Assembly: GCA_005116815.1 (NCBI GenBank)
Contig: SWDR01000002.1
Coordinates: 10,239-74,238 of the forward strand
DNA: 64,000 bases
Direction of reading: 5' to 3'
DNA from: Nitrospira sp.
GTDB taxonomy: Bacteria; Nitrospirota; Nitrospiria; Nitrospirales; Nitrospiraceae
Below are positions 42,243 to 54,394 of this stretch, in pieces. Each line of letters opens with the position of its first letter. The first letter of the stretch is position 1. The translations under genes and the position numbers were made by a program. Below the pieces are notes generated by a model. That model did not search any database, was not told the origin of the DNA, and was given only the letters and a program-made list of their open reading frames with translations.

Positions 42243-43753
42243 TTCGTATTAACTTATTGCCAGAGCTGAAGGGGCGCAAGGCCAAGCCTCAGTATGATGT
42301 CAGAGCCCAGGCCCTGTTGGGTGTGGGATTGGTGCTCATCACGTTGGCTGGCTGTTGGTGGTATTCGGCGTCGCTTGATGAAGAAATAAGTGCGCAGCAG
42401 GCCAAAAAGTCAGACTTGGAGAAGCAGGTCGTGCAGTTGAAGGAGCAAGTCAAGCAGGTTTCCGACTTTGAAAGCCGGAAGAAGGTGCTGGAAGACAAAA
42501 ATCATATTATTGACGAGCTGGAGAAGTCACGTGTTGGCCCTGTCAGGGTGCTTGACCATGTCAGTCAGAGCTTGGAGCCGCTCAAGGTCTGGCTGGTACG
42601 AGTCGCAGTCACGGGGAAAGAGATTGACCTTGAGGGCCGTGCAGCGACCAATGATGATGTGGTGGAATTCGTCAACATGTCAGATGGCCAGGATGAGCTC
42701 ATTCTGAGAGCCTCAAAAAACCCTCACCCGAAATTGATTGGCCGGATTACGATCGGGTTGGGAGAGGGGATTACCGGGTGGGTCGCCCAGGAACGAACGC
42801 GCGTCGTGATTCCGAGCAACGCCAGCGACGACTCGCGGTTTAAATTTTTCCACAACCTTCCGGAAGATCGCCATCAAGCCTTCGTCTCCGTGCCGATCAT
42901 GGCGAAGAAGGAAGTGGTCGGTGTGATCAATGTCCAACATAAACGGCCGAAGCGCTATCGGCCTGACGAGATCGCGCTGCTTTCGACCATTGCCAATCAG
43001 GTCGGAGGCGCGATCGAGAACGCGCGGCTCTACGATCAGATGAAACGCAAAGCCCTTCAAGTGGAAACATTGTCGCTGGTTTCAGAAACGGTGGCTTCCA
43101 ATCGATTGATCGAAGACGTGTTGCAGCTCCTGGTGACCATGACCGCCCAAATGATGAGTTCCAAGATCTGCTCGATCATGTTATTGGACGAAACCAGCGG
43201 AGAGCTGCGGATCGAGGCGACACAAAGCCTCAGCGAGCAATATCGCCGTAAGCCAAATCTCAAGGTCGGTCAGAGCATCAGCGGTCGTGCGGTGAAAGAC
43301 CGTCGGCCGATTATCGTGGCTGATGTCACCAAAGAGCAGGACTATATGTATCCGGACATGGCCAAGAAAGAAGGGTTATGCTCCATGGTGTCGGTGCCCA
43401 TGATGGTGAGGGAGAAGGCGGTGGGTGTGATTAATAGCTATACGTCTGTCCCGCACGTGTTTACCAGTGAAGAGGTGAAGCTGCTTCAGGCTATCGCTAA
43501 TCAAGCCGCCATCGCCATCGAGCATACGACCCTGATTGAGAAGTCTTTTGAGATGCAGGAAGCGCTGGCGGTTCGAAAGCTGATGGAGCGGGCTAAGGGC
43601 TACCTGATGCGCTCGAAGAAGCTGACAGAAGAAGAGGCCTTCAAGCTCATTCAGCGGCAAAGTATGGATCTGCGGAAGTCGATGCGCGAGATCGCCGAGG
43701 CCGTGTTGCTGGCAGGGGAAATCGACGGACGGGTGGATAGGCAGCGGGGCTAA
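42239..43753 (+). CDS. Composite ORF: PilN N-terminal ~146 aa joined in frame to a 5'-truncated GAF-GAF-ANTAR regulator
   Basis: Residues 1-146: MIRINLLPE, TM helix, coiled coil, VWLVRVAVTGKEIDLEGRAATNDDVVEFVN (PilN). From about nt 42677: two GAF domains (GEGITGWVAQ..., VGVINVQH / GQSISGRAV..., VGVINSY), then ANTAR (AVRKLMERAKGYLM....LTEEEAFKLIQRQSMDLRKSMREIAEAVL). Confidence 0.85.
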   Translation: MIRINLLPELKGRKAKPQYDVRAQALLGVGLVLITLAGCWWYSASLDEEISAQQAKKSDLEKQVVQLKEQVKQVSDFESRKKVLEDKNHIIDELEKSRVGPVRVLDHVSQSLEPLKVWLVRVAVTGKEIDLEGRAATNDDVVEFVNMSDGQDELILRASKNPHPKLIGRITIGLGEGITGWVAQERTRVVIPSNASDDSRFKFFHNLPEDRHQAFVSVPIMAKKEVVGVINVQHKRPKRYRPDEIALLSTIANQVGGAIENARLYDQMKRKALQVETLSLVSETVASNRLIEDVLQLLVTMTAQMMSSKICSIMLLDETSGELRIEATQSLSEQYRRKPNLKVGQSISGRAVKDRRPIIVADVTKEQDYMYPDMAKKEGLCSMVSVPMMVREKAVGVINSYTSVPHVFTSEEVKLLQAIANQAAIAIEHTTLIEKSFEMQEALAVRKLMERAKGYLMRSKKLTEEEAFKLIQRQSMDLRKSMREIAEAVLLAGEIDGRVDRQRG

Positions 43754-43861
43754 CAGGATGCCGAAACGTCTGTCTTTCTCACCCGCCTAATCAGGGCACG
43801 CTGATCCCGCATTGTTGCCCTCGCTTGTTGCTGTAACTGTGAAATGTCGTTGGTGGTCGTT

Positions 43862-45640
43862 ATGCGAACGTTTCGAATCGCCATGGTGCAGATGAATCCG
43901 ACGGTCGGGGATCTGGAGGGCAATGTCCGCCGGATTACTGGTTGGTTGCGCGAGGCGAGGAAGGCGAAGGCCGATTTGGTGGCCTTCCCGGAGCTGGCGA
44001 TCACCGGCTACCCACCTGAAGATCTGTTATTGAAACCACGTTTTGTCGCGGATAATCGCCGCGCGCTCCAGGAAATAGTCCGTCATTGCCGGGGTCTTGC
44101 CGCAGTGGTGGGCTACGTCAGCCAGAGCGATGGTCTCGATCCAAAGCCGGCTCGCTCGTCGGTCGTGCCGGCTGGTGCGCACGAACTCTACAATGCCGCG
44201 GCGGTAATCGCCGATCAGACACTTGTCACGACCTATTGTAAGTGGTACTTGCCGAACTACGGGGTGTTCGACGAGAGCCGGTATTTTTATCCGGGCAGAC
44301 GGCTGCCGCTCATTCGCTTGCGCGGCACGGTGGTCGGGGTCAATATTTGCGAAGATGTCTGGTTGCCGGAAGGGCCCACTCGTTTCCAGGCGGCTGCGGG
44401 CGCCGAAGTGATCGTGAATATCAATGCATCGCCGTTTCATCTGGGCAAGAGTCGGATACGCGAGCAGATGCTGGCAACCCGCGCGCGGGAAAACGGGGTG
44501 GTGCTCACCTATACCAATATCGTTGGCGGGCAAGATGAACTGGTGTTCGACGGGAATAGTGTGATCCTCGATCACCGGGGTGAGGTCATTGCGCGGGGAA
44601 AAGCGTTCGAGGAAGATTTGATCGTTGCGGATCTCAATATGGAGGCAGTCGTGCGAGAGCGGCGCACTCAGGGGAGAAAAAAAGTTTTGCCGAAACAGGT
44701 GGCCGCTGCGGTGGAGATGTGCAGTGCCTCGCTTCCCGCCATTTCAAAGATTCGGGTGCGCGCAGTTCCCGATATGCTAGCAGTCCTGGATCCGCTTGAG
44801 GAGGTCTATCTGGCACTCACCTTGGGGGTGCGAGATTACGTGAGGAAGAATGGATTCGCCCGAGCTGTGATCGGCTTGAGCGGGGGGGTGGACTCGGCAT
44901 TGACCGCCGTGCTTGCCGTCGATGCGCTCGGTGCCGAGAACGTCAAGGGGCTGTTCATGCCGTCGCCCTATACGTCTCAAGATAGTTATGAAGATGTCGC
45001 AGAGCTGGGGGCACGACTCGGGATTTCTGTCAGGACCCTCCCGATCACGAAGCTGTTCAATACGTACCGGGATGCGCTTACGAAGACGTTTGAGGGGCGG
45101 GCGCCCGATACGACGGAAGAGAATCTCCAAGCCCGCATTCGGGGCAATCTCCTCATGGCCTTCTCCAATAAGTTCGGCCATCTGGTGCTCACCACGGGCA
45201 ACAAGAGCGAGATGAGTGTCGGATACGCCACGTTGTACGGTGATATGGCCGGCGGATTTGCCGTGATCAAAGACGTCCCCAAGACGATGGTGTACGATCT
45301 GGCGAGGCTCCGCAATCTCAGAGGCTCGGCCCCGGCCATTCCCAAACGGACGTTAAGCCGGCCCCCGACCGCCGAGTTGAGGCCCGACCAGAAGGATGAA
45401 GATTCGTTGCCGCCCTATGAGGTCCTCGATCCCATTCTTCAGGCCTATGTGGAAGAAGACCGGTCTCTCGAAGAAATCGTCATCGCAGGGTACGACCGCG
45501 CGACGGTGGCACGAGTGATGGCGATGGTCGATGGCAGCGAGTACAAGCGCCGGCAGGCGCCGGTCGGCATCAAAATCACGCATCGGGCCTTGGGGAAAGA
45601 TCGCCGGATGCCGATTACGAACGGCTATCGTAATCGATAG
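43862..45640 (+). CDS. nadE: Glutamine-dependent NAD+ synthetase (nitrilase domain + NadE domain)
   Basis: MRTFRIAMVQMNPTVGD, FPELAITGYPPEDL, VNICED (CN-hydrolase triad); GLSGGVDSAL (PP-loop). Confidence 0.93.
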   Translation: MRTFRIAMVQMNPTVGDLEGNVRRITGWLREARKAKADLVAFPELAITGYPPEDLLLKPRFVADNRRALQEIVRHCRGLAAVVGYVSQSDGLDPKPARSSVVPAGAHELYNAAAVIADQTLVTTYCKWYLPNYGVFDESRYFYPGRRLPLIRLRGTVVGVNICEDVWLPEGPTRFQAAAGAEVIVNINASPFHLGKSRIREQMLATRARENGVVLTYTNIVGGQDELVFDGNSVILDHRGEVIARGKAFEEDLIVADLNMEAVVRERRTQGRKKVLPKQVAAAVEMCSASLPAISKIRVRAVPDMLAVLDPLEEVYLALTLGVRDYVRKNGFARAVIGLSGGVDSALTAVLAVDALGAENVKGLFMPSPYTSQDSYEDVAELGARLGISVRTLPITKLFNTYRDALTKTFEGRAPDTTEENLQARIRGNLLMAFSNKFGHLVLTTGNKSEMSVGYATLYGDMAGGFAVIKDVPKTMVYDLARLRNLRGSAPAIPKRTLSRPPTAELRPDQKDEDSLPPYEVLDPILQAYVEEDRSLEEIVIAGYDRATVARVMAMVDGSEYKRRQAPVGIKITHRALGKDRRMPITNGYRNR

Positions 45641-45645
45641 GCTGG

Positions 45646-46611
45646 TTACGGGGCTGTTTGCAGTGGCTTTGAGGGGAGCGTGGGTTTTCGCTTCTGGCTG
45701 TCGAGTTGTTTCCGAACCGATTGCAGTTCCTTCCTGAGAACTTCCAACTCCAAGTCTTTCTTGATGACGAGATCCTTCAACGTATGGATCTCTGCTTCGC
45801 GTTGAGCGGGCGAGTCCAACTGGGCGTCGGATGGCCTGGCCCCTGCAAGTTGCTCTCGAGTCGGAGCTGCCACGTGTTCGACGGGAGGCGTCGTTCGTTC
45901 GATAGCTGGTGCTAATAGCGAGGCCTGTTGCAGCAGCTGATAATCGATGGCGAGAAACCTGTCAGTGGAGCTTCCACCTGTCGGAGGGCGAAAACTATCG
46001 GACCGTTGGGCCGCACTCGGCGTGAAGAGCAGGGTTCGGTTCGAGAGGCCAGAGGGATCTGGTAGACGCCGGTGGGCTGGGTCGTTGGTGTGAAGCTGGC
46101 CCGGTGCATATCGGTATTGCGAGAGAGTGACGTAGAGCGAGAGGCCATAGGCGTAGAGGGAGCCGGCTGTAGTCTCTGTAACGGAGTGCTCCAAGCGCCC
46201 TGTGCCTTGGCGAGGACTGGTGACCTGAAATGATACGGCCTCTCCCGTTCCCGCAGCCGTCAGGGCTTTGGCAATTCTTGGAGTGAGGAACTGAACTTCT
46301 TCCGGCGAAAAAACCGGGACAGGAGAAGCCGACCCTGCCAGTAGGTCTTGGAGTCCTCTCTGCTGTTCCTGGACCTGCATCCCGCTCAAGACGCGGGCGA
46401 TGAGGGCTGGCTCCAGATGGATCGGGTGACTGGCCTGAATCGACCGATCAGCCATTGGTTGAAGGGATACTATACCGCGAGGATCTTCGGAGAGGGCTCT
46501 GCCGGTTTGGCCGGTTGCGCTACAGGCTGTGCCGCTCACACAGGCTAACACGAGTAGTAACAATGCCTTGCGAAGGCGACTAAATCTCGAAGAGGGGAAT
46601 AAGAGAGCCAT
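45646..46611 (-). CDS. Hypothetical lipoprotein with a C-terminal coiled coil
   Basis: Lipobox-like LLLVLACVSGTAC; 321 aa; no recognised domain. Confidence 0.5.
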   Translation of the reverse strand: MALLFPSSRFSRLRKALLLLVLACVSGTACSATGQTGRALSEDPRGIVSLQPMADRSIQASHPIHLEPALIARVLSGMQVQEQQRGLQDLLAGSASPVPVFSPEEVQFLTPRIAKALTAAGTGEAVSFQVTSPRQGTGRLEHSVTETTAGSLYAYGLSLYVTLSQYRYAPGQLHTNDPAHRRLPDPSGLSNRTLLFTPSAAQRSDSFRPPTGGSSTDRFLAIDYQLLQQASLLAPAIERTTPPVEHVAAPTREQLAGARPSDAQLDSPAQREAEIHTLKDLVIKKDLELEVLRKELQSVRKQLDSQKRKPTLPSKPLQTAP

Positions 46612-46736
46612 AGGTGCGGCAAATCTAGCATAGATGACAGATCACCGCCAGGATGGATGCGTCGTGCGGCCATCCCCTGAGATGCCAGCCTAGGGAGATG
46701 CGCCGTTCCCCTCTTTCGTATAAGGCCGCAAGGGCG

Positions 46737-46766
46737 TTGACAGATTTTCAGAGAGCATGTTACAAG
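46737..46766 (+). promoter_or_regulatory. Candidate promoter of the porin-amtB leader
   Basis: TTGACA (46737-46742), 18-nt spacer ending in TGT (extended -10), TACAAG (46761-46766). Confidence 0.35.
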
Positions 46767-46782
46767 AGTCCCCATCGGATAG

Positions 46783-46873
46783 GGGAACAACGGCGTTTCC
46801 CACCGGCCTCAAGATAGTACGGCATGGACAATGGCGTCCTCCGGCCCCAACGGGCTAGAGGGCGTTTTTTTTT
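46783..46873 (+). promoter_or_regulatory. Dual-hexaloop + terminator leader (ANTAR-target-like attenuator) upstream of porin-amtB-amtB-glnB-glnD-glnA
   Basis: P1 GGGAAC-AACGGC-GTTTCCC (46783-46801, one bulge), 24-nt linker, P2 GGAC-AATGGC-GTCC (46826-46839). The terminator CGTCCTC-CG-GCCC caac GGGC-TA-GAGGGCG (46835-46864) followed by T9 (46865-46873) shares the GTCC arm with P2. Confidence 0.6.
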
Positions 46874-47074
46874 GGCTGCATGCGAACAGGCTGAGTGACA
46901 GAGAAGATGAGAAGCGAGATGCATACATTGGCCGGTGGGAATCGATGTGGAGATGAGAATCGAATGGGCTTGGAGGGTGCGCACAATGGCGTGCGTGGCG
47001 ACGACGTCGTCGAGGTGAGCGAGAGTAGGTCTGTGAATCACAACATCACCAATCGGACGAGGGAGGCCGTCATT

Positions 47075-48388
47075 ATGTCAGTACGCAGTCTCATGGGGAT
47101 AGGAATGTGCGCATTAGTTTCGCTGCTTGGTAGCCAGGCAGCATTGGCTCAAGTGGTTCCGCCGACGCCCGCGCCGACCGTGCAAGAGCGGTTGGAGGCA
47201 TTGGAGAAGAAGTCGGATGCGCCGTCGTTGTGGAAGACTCTGGGGTTTAAGGCCTCCGGGTTTCTCGATGTGGCCTATACGCAGAACTTCAACAATCCGA
47301 ACACCAACCTCAATCAACTGCATATCTTCGACACCAACGCCAATTCGTTCATGCCGCACCTGGCGCAGCTCATGTTTGAACGGCCCGCTGATGGAGGAGG
47401 GAGCGAGCTGGACCGGCTTGGCTTCCGAGCAAGGCTGAACTTCGGGATGGATGCCCGGGTGACGAGGGCGCGAACAAATTTTGCGCCTGGTACTAGCAAC
47501 AACGAACTCGACTTCCAGGAGCTCTATGGCGAGTACATCGTCCCGGTCGGCAATGGGTTGAAAATTCAAGCCGGCAAGATCAACACTTTGATCGGTTATG
47601 AAGTGATCAACAGTTTCGAAAACCCGAACTTCTCGCGCAGCTTCATGTTCGGATTGGGCCAAGCCTTTACGACGACGGGTGTGCGCATGACGTATACCTT
47701 CAATCCGATCGTGACCGCGTCGATCGGTGTGATCAATGGTTGGGACAACGTCGTTGACAATAACAGGGGGAAATCGTTTGAATGGTTGGTCGCCATTACC
47801 CCCCACGAGAAGATCGGCGTGAGTTTCTACGGGTCCTATGGCGCGGAGCAATCGAACGGGCAAGGGGCTGCTTCTTTCACAACCCAGGCCGATCCGACGG
47901 CTAAGCGGACGGTGGTGGGGTCGATCATTAGCTTGAAGCCCACCGACAAGGACACCATCATTCTTGAGCCCTACTACGCCAATGAGGGGAATGCTAGCAC
48001 AGTAAGCCGATCGCAGAATGCCCGATGGAACGGGTTTGCCGGCTATCTGATTCATGATTTCTCCGATCAATGGAGCGCCAGATTCCGGGGAGAGATCTTC
48101 GAGGATGCGGGTGGCGCCAGGACCTGTACGGGGGGAATCAGTTTCGCCGGAGGGACTAATACCTGTGCCAGCGGCAGCTCGCCGATTGGCTCTAGTGTCG
48201 CGGGAGCGGGAGGGATCGCCCAGACACTATGGGAGAACACCTTTACACTCCAATACAAACCCTTTCCCTCGCTGATCACGCGGACCGAGTTTCGGTACGA
48301 CAAGTCCGATAAGAACGTCTTTCTCTATGGCAGCCGACCGGCAAACAATCAAGAAACCCTGTCATTCCAAGTCATCTATATGTTCTGA
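47075..48388 (+). CDS. Outer-membrane beta-barrel porin (OmpL-like/bbp2-type by composition)
   Basis: Start at MSVRSLMGIGMCALVSLLGSQAALAQ (signal peptide, GGGAGG RBS). Alternating beta-strand pattern, C-terminal ...FQVIYMF. Confidence 0.65.
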   Translation: MSVRSLMGIGMCALVSLLGSQAALAQVVPPTPAPTVQERLEALEKKSDAPSLWKTLGFKASGFLDVAYTQNFNNPNTNLNQLHIFDTNANSFMPHLAQLMFERPADGGGSELDRLGFRARLNFGMDARVTRARTNFAPGTSNNELDFQELYGEYIVPVGNGLKIQAGKINTLIGYEVINSFENPNFSRSFMFGLGQAFTTTGVRMTYTFNPIVTASIGVINGWDNVVDNNRGKSFEWLVAITPHEKIGVSFYGSYGAEQSNGQGAASFTTQADPTAKRTVVGSIISLKPTDKDTIILEPYYANEGNASTVSRSQNARWNGFAGYLIHDFSDQWSARFRGEIFEDAGGARTCTGGISFAGGTNTCASGSSPIGSSVAGAGGIAQTLWENTFTLQYKPFPSLITRTEFRYDKSDKNVFLYGSRPANNQETLSFQVIYMF

Positions 48389-48411
48389 GCAGGGGAGGAG
48401 ATGAACTCATT

Positions 48412-49794
48412 ATGAACCGATATCTTCGTATCATGACATCGATGCTTCCCGTCCTAGCCTGCGCCATCTTGGTGGGGACGACGGGTCTCTATGCACAAGA
48501 CGCGGGGGCGCCGGCTCCCGCAGCCCCGGTGGTCGCAGCTCCGGAAGCGGCGGCCATGCCAGCCGCACCGAAGATCGACACCGGAGACACCACCTGGGTC
48601 TTGGTCTCCACGGCGATGGTGCTCGCGATGACGGCGCCGGGCCTTGCGCTGTTCTACGGAGGCATGGTGCGTTCGAAAAATGCGCTGGGGACGATCATGC
48701 AGAGTTTTGTGATCCTCTGTCTGATCAGCATCCAGTGGGTCTTGTGGGGCTACAGTTTGGCCTTCGGGCCGGATAAGGGGCACCTGATCGGGGGGCTCGA
48801 ATGGATCGGGCTCAACGGGGTTGGTTTAGAGCCGAACGCCGATTATGCGGCGACGATTCCGCATCAAGCCTTCATGATCTTTCAGATGATGTTTGCGGTG
48901 ATCACGCCCGCGCTCATCACGGGGGCAGTGGCCGAACGGATGAAGTTCAGCGCCTTTCTTGTCTTTACCTTGCTTTGGGCAACCTTCATCTACGATCCCT
49001 TGGCCCATTGGGTGTGGGCGGTTGGGGGCTGGGTCCGAAACCTGGGAGCCCTGGACTTTGCCGGTGGAACGGTAGTCCACATTAGCTCCGGTGCTGCGGC
49101 CTTGGCCTGTGCCATCGTGTTGAAGAAGCGGTTGGGTTACGGCAGGGAACATATGGTCCCGCATAATTTGCCAATGACGGTCTTGGGAGCGTCCTTGCTC
49201 TGGTTCGGGTGGTTCGGGTTTAACTCCGGCAGCGCCGTCGCCTCCGGGGCGTTGGCGGTCAGTGCCTTTGTCGTCACCAATACGGCGGCTGCTGCTGCGG
49301 CCTTGGCTTGGATGGTCGTCGAGTGGATGTATCGAGGCAAACCGACGGTGTTGGGCGCCGCGAGCGGCGCGGTCGCGGGATTAGTGGCGATTACGCCGGC
49401 CTCCGGATTTGTTGGTCCTGTGGCGTCGATTGTGATCGGGCTAGGGGCGGGAGTCCTCTGTTATTTAGCGGTGTTGTGGAAGTCGAAGTTGGGCTATGAT
49501 GACGCCCTCGATGTGGTCGGTATCCATGGTGTCGGAGGTGTCTGGGGTGCGTTGGCAACAGGTCTCTTTGCCTCGAAGGCAATCAACGCGGCTGGCGGTG
49601 ACGGGTTGTTTTATGGCAATCCGGCACAATTGGGTATTCAGGCGCTGGCGGTGCTCATCTCCGTGGTGTTTGTGTTTGTTGGAACCTATGCCATTCTGAA
49701 GTTGGTCGACGGATTGATCGGGCTGCGTGTGAGTGAAGAAGATGAGCGAAAGGGCCTCGATCTCAGTCAACATGATGAACGGGCCTATTCGTAA
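48412..49794 (+). CDS. amtB: Ammonium transporter AmtB (copy 1)
   Basis: DTGDTTWVLVSTAMVLAMT.PGLALFYGG; DFAGGTVVHISSG; GFNSGSA; VVGIHGVGGVWG. Confidence 0.95.
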   Translation: MNRYLRIMTSMLPVLACAILVGTTGLYAQDAGAPAPAAPVVAAPEAAAMPAAPKIDTGDTTWVLVSTAMVLAMTAPGLALFYGGMVRSKNALGTIMQSFVILCLISIQWVLWGYSLAFGPDKGHLIGGLEWIGLNGVGLEPNADYAATIPHQAFMIFQMMFAVITPALITGAVAERMKFSAFLVFTLLWATFIYDPLAHWVWAVGGWVRNLGALDFAGGTVVHISSGAAALACAIVLKKRLGYGREHMVPHNLPMTVLGASLLWFGWFGFNSGSAVASGALAVSAFVVTNTAAAAAALAWMVVEWMYRGKPTVLGAASGAVAGLVAITPASGFVGPVASIVIGLGAGVLCYLAVLWKSKLGYDDALDVVGIHGVGGVWGALATGLFASKAINAAGGDGLFYGNPAQLGIQALAVLISVVFVFVGTYAILKLVDGLIGLRVSEEDERKGLDLSQHDERAYS

Positions 49795-49824
49795 GGCAAC
49801 GGGTGACCGAAGGCAAGGAGGACG

Positions 49825-51225
49825 ATGGTGATTGACCCTGCACGAATCCACATTCGCAAGCGTAGGCGCCAAGGGGCGCTCAGTGTCATAGGCCTGACTA
49901 TCGCGGTCGTGATGCTGGGAACCTTGGCGGTCTTCACAGGGTCAGTCGCGGCGCAGGATACAGCGGCCGCACCGGCGCAAGCCGTCGCCGCAACTCCTGT
50001 GCTGAAGATCGATACGGGGGACACAGCATGGGTCCTCACCTCCACGGCGCTGGTGCTGGCGATGACGATGCCTGGATTGGCCCTGTTCTATGGAGGTCTC
50101 GTCCGGGGGAAGAATGTCCTGGGGACGATCATGCAGAGCATCGTCATTCTCTGCATGGTCAGCCTGCTCTGGATTGTTGTCGGGTACAGCTTGGCCTTCG
50201 GCCCTGACAAGGGGGGGCTCATCGGGGGGCTGGACTGGATCGGGTTGAGCGGGGTAGGAAGCGAGCCGCATCCCGTCTACGGTCCCACGATTCCTCACCA
50301 AGTGTTCATGTTATTCCAGCTCATGTTTGCGGCAATCACGCCGGCTCTGATTACGGGGGCGGTGGCTGAGCGGATGAAGTTTTCCGCCCTACTGCTGTTC
50401 GCGGCTTTGTGGTCCCTGGTGATTTATACGCCGGTGGCCCATTGGATCTGGGGCGGTGGATGGTTGGGAAAGATGGGCGCGTTGGATTTCGCCGGAGGCG
50501 CAGTGGTGCATATCAGCTCCGGCGTGAGCGCCTTGGTCTGTGCCATTGTATTGGGGAAGCGCAAGGGACATGGCGCCGATTATATGGCGCCGCATAACCT
50601 GCCGTTCACGTTGTTAGGGACCGGCCTGCTCTGGTTTGGCTGGTTCGGATTCAACGCGGGTAGCGCATTGGGCGCGAATGGGTTGGCCGCGAGTACCTTC
50701 TTGGCGACCCATGCAGCCGCGGCCGCTGGGGCGCTGGTGTGGATGGGAGTGGAGTGGGCGCATCGTGGTAGGCCGACCGTCCTGGGTCTGGCCAGTGGCG
50801 CGGTAGCCGGACTGGCCACCGTGACCCCGGCCTCCGGCTATATCGGACCACTATCCGCGATCGTAATTGGCGTATTTGCAGGGATTCTGTGCTATTTCGC
50901 CGTTGTTTGGAAGGGGAGGATGGGCTATGATGACTCGCTCGATGTCGTGGGTATCCACGGTGTGGGCGGCGTCTTCGGCATCCTCGCGACGGGTGTCTTC
51001 GCCTCCAAGGCCATTAATGCCGCCGGGGCAGACGGGCTCTTGTTCGGGAATGCCGGTCAACTCGGAATTCAGGCGATCATGGTCGCAGCGGTCGCGCTGT
51101 TTTCCGTGATCGGGACCTGGTTGATCTTGAAGGTCGTCGATGCAGCGGTTGGGCTGCGGGTCACTCCGGAAGACGAATCGACGGGGTTGGACCTGAGTCA
51201 GCACAACGAGCGGGCCTATTCATAA
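49825..51225 (+). CDS. amtB: Ammonium transporter AmtB (copy 2, tandem paralog)
   Basis: Same Amt signatures. Roughly 70% identical by eye to copy 1 across the whole core. Confidence 0.95.
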   Translation: MVIDPARIHIRKRRRQGALSVIGLTIAVVMLGTLAVFTGSVAAQDTAAAPAQAVAATPVLKIDTGDTAWVLTSTALVLAMTMPGLALFYGGLVRGKNVLGTIMQSIVILCMVSLLWIVVGYSLAFGPDKGGLIGGLDWIGLSGVGSEPHPVYGPTIPHQVFMLFQLMFAAITPALITGAVAERMKFSALLLFAALWSLVIYTPVAHWIWGGGWLGKMGALDFAGGAVVHISSGVSALVCAIVLGKRKGHGADYMAPHNLPFTLLGTGLLWFGWFGFNAGSALGANGLAASTFLATHAAAAAGALVWMGVEWAHRGRPTVLGLASGAVAGLATVTPASGYIGPLSAIVIGVFAGILCYFAVVWKGRMGYDDSLDVVGIHGVGGVFGILATGVFASKAINAAGADGLLFGNAGQLGIQAIMVAAVALFSVIGTWLILKVVDAAVGLRVTPEDESTGLDLSQHNERAYS

Positions 51226-51310
51226 ACAGTCCATGACACTATTGACCATGCAATCATGCCGGCGATCCTTGCGACGATGAATGGTCAGCGTCCTCGGGTC
51301 TGCCAGGTAA

Positions 51311-54348
<3,038 letters not shown>

Positions 54349-54394
54349 CAGAGGCGGCGCAGTCTCATTCAGCGTCATTTGAAAGGAGAAGGGG

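Noticed and set aside
46966-46981. Sigma-54 promoter (GG-N10-GC) upstream of the porin-amtB operon; also searched upstream of glnB, glnA and amtB.
   Set aside because: Only a loose match (gGGCTTGGAGGGTGC) with the correct GG/GC spacing but poor flanks. No enhancer-type repeated sites. Too weak to call.
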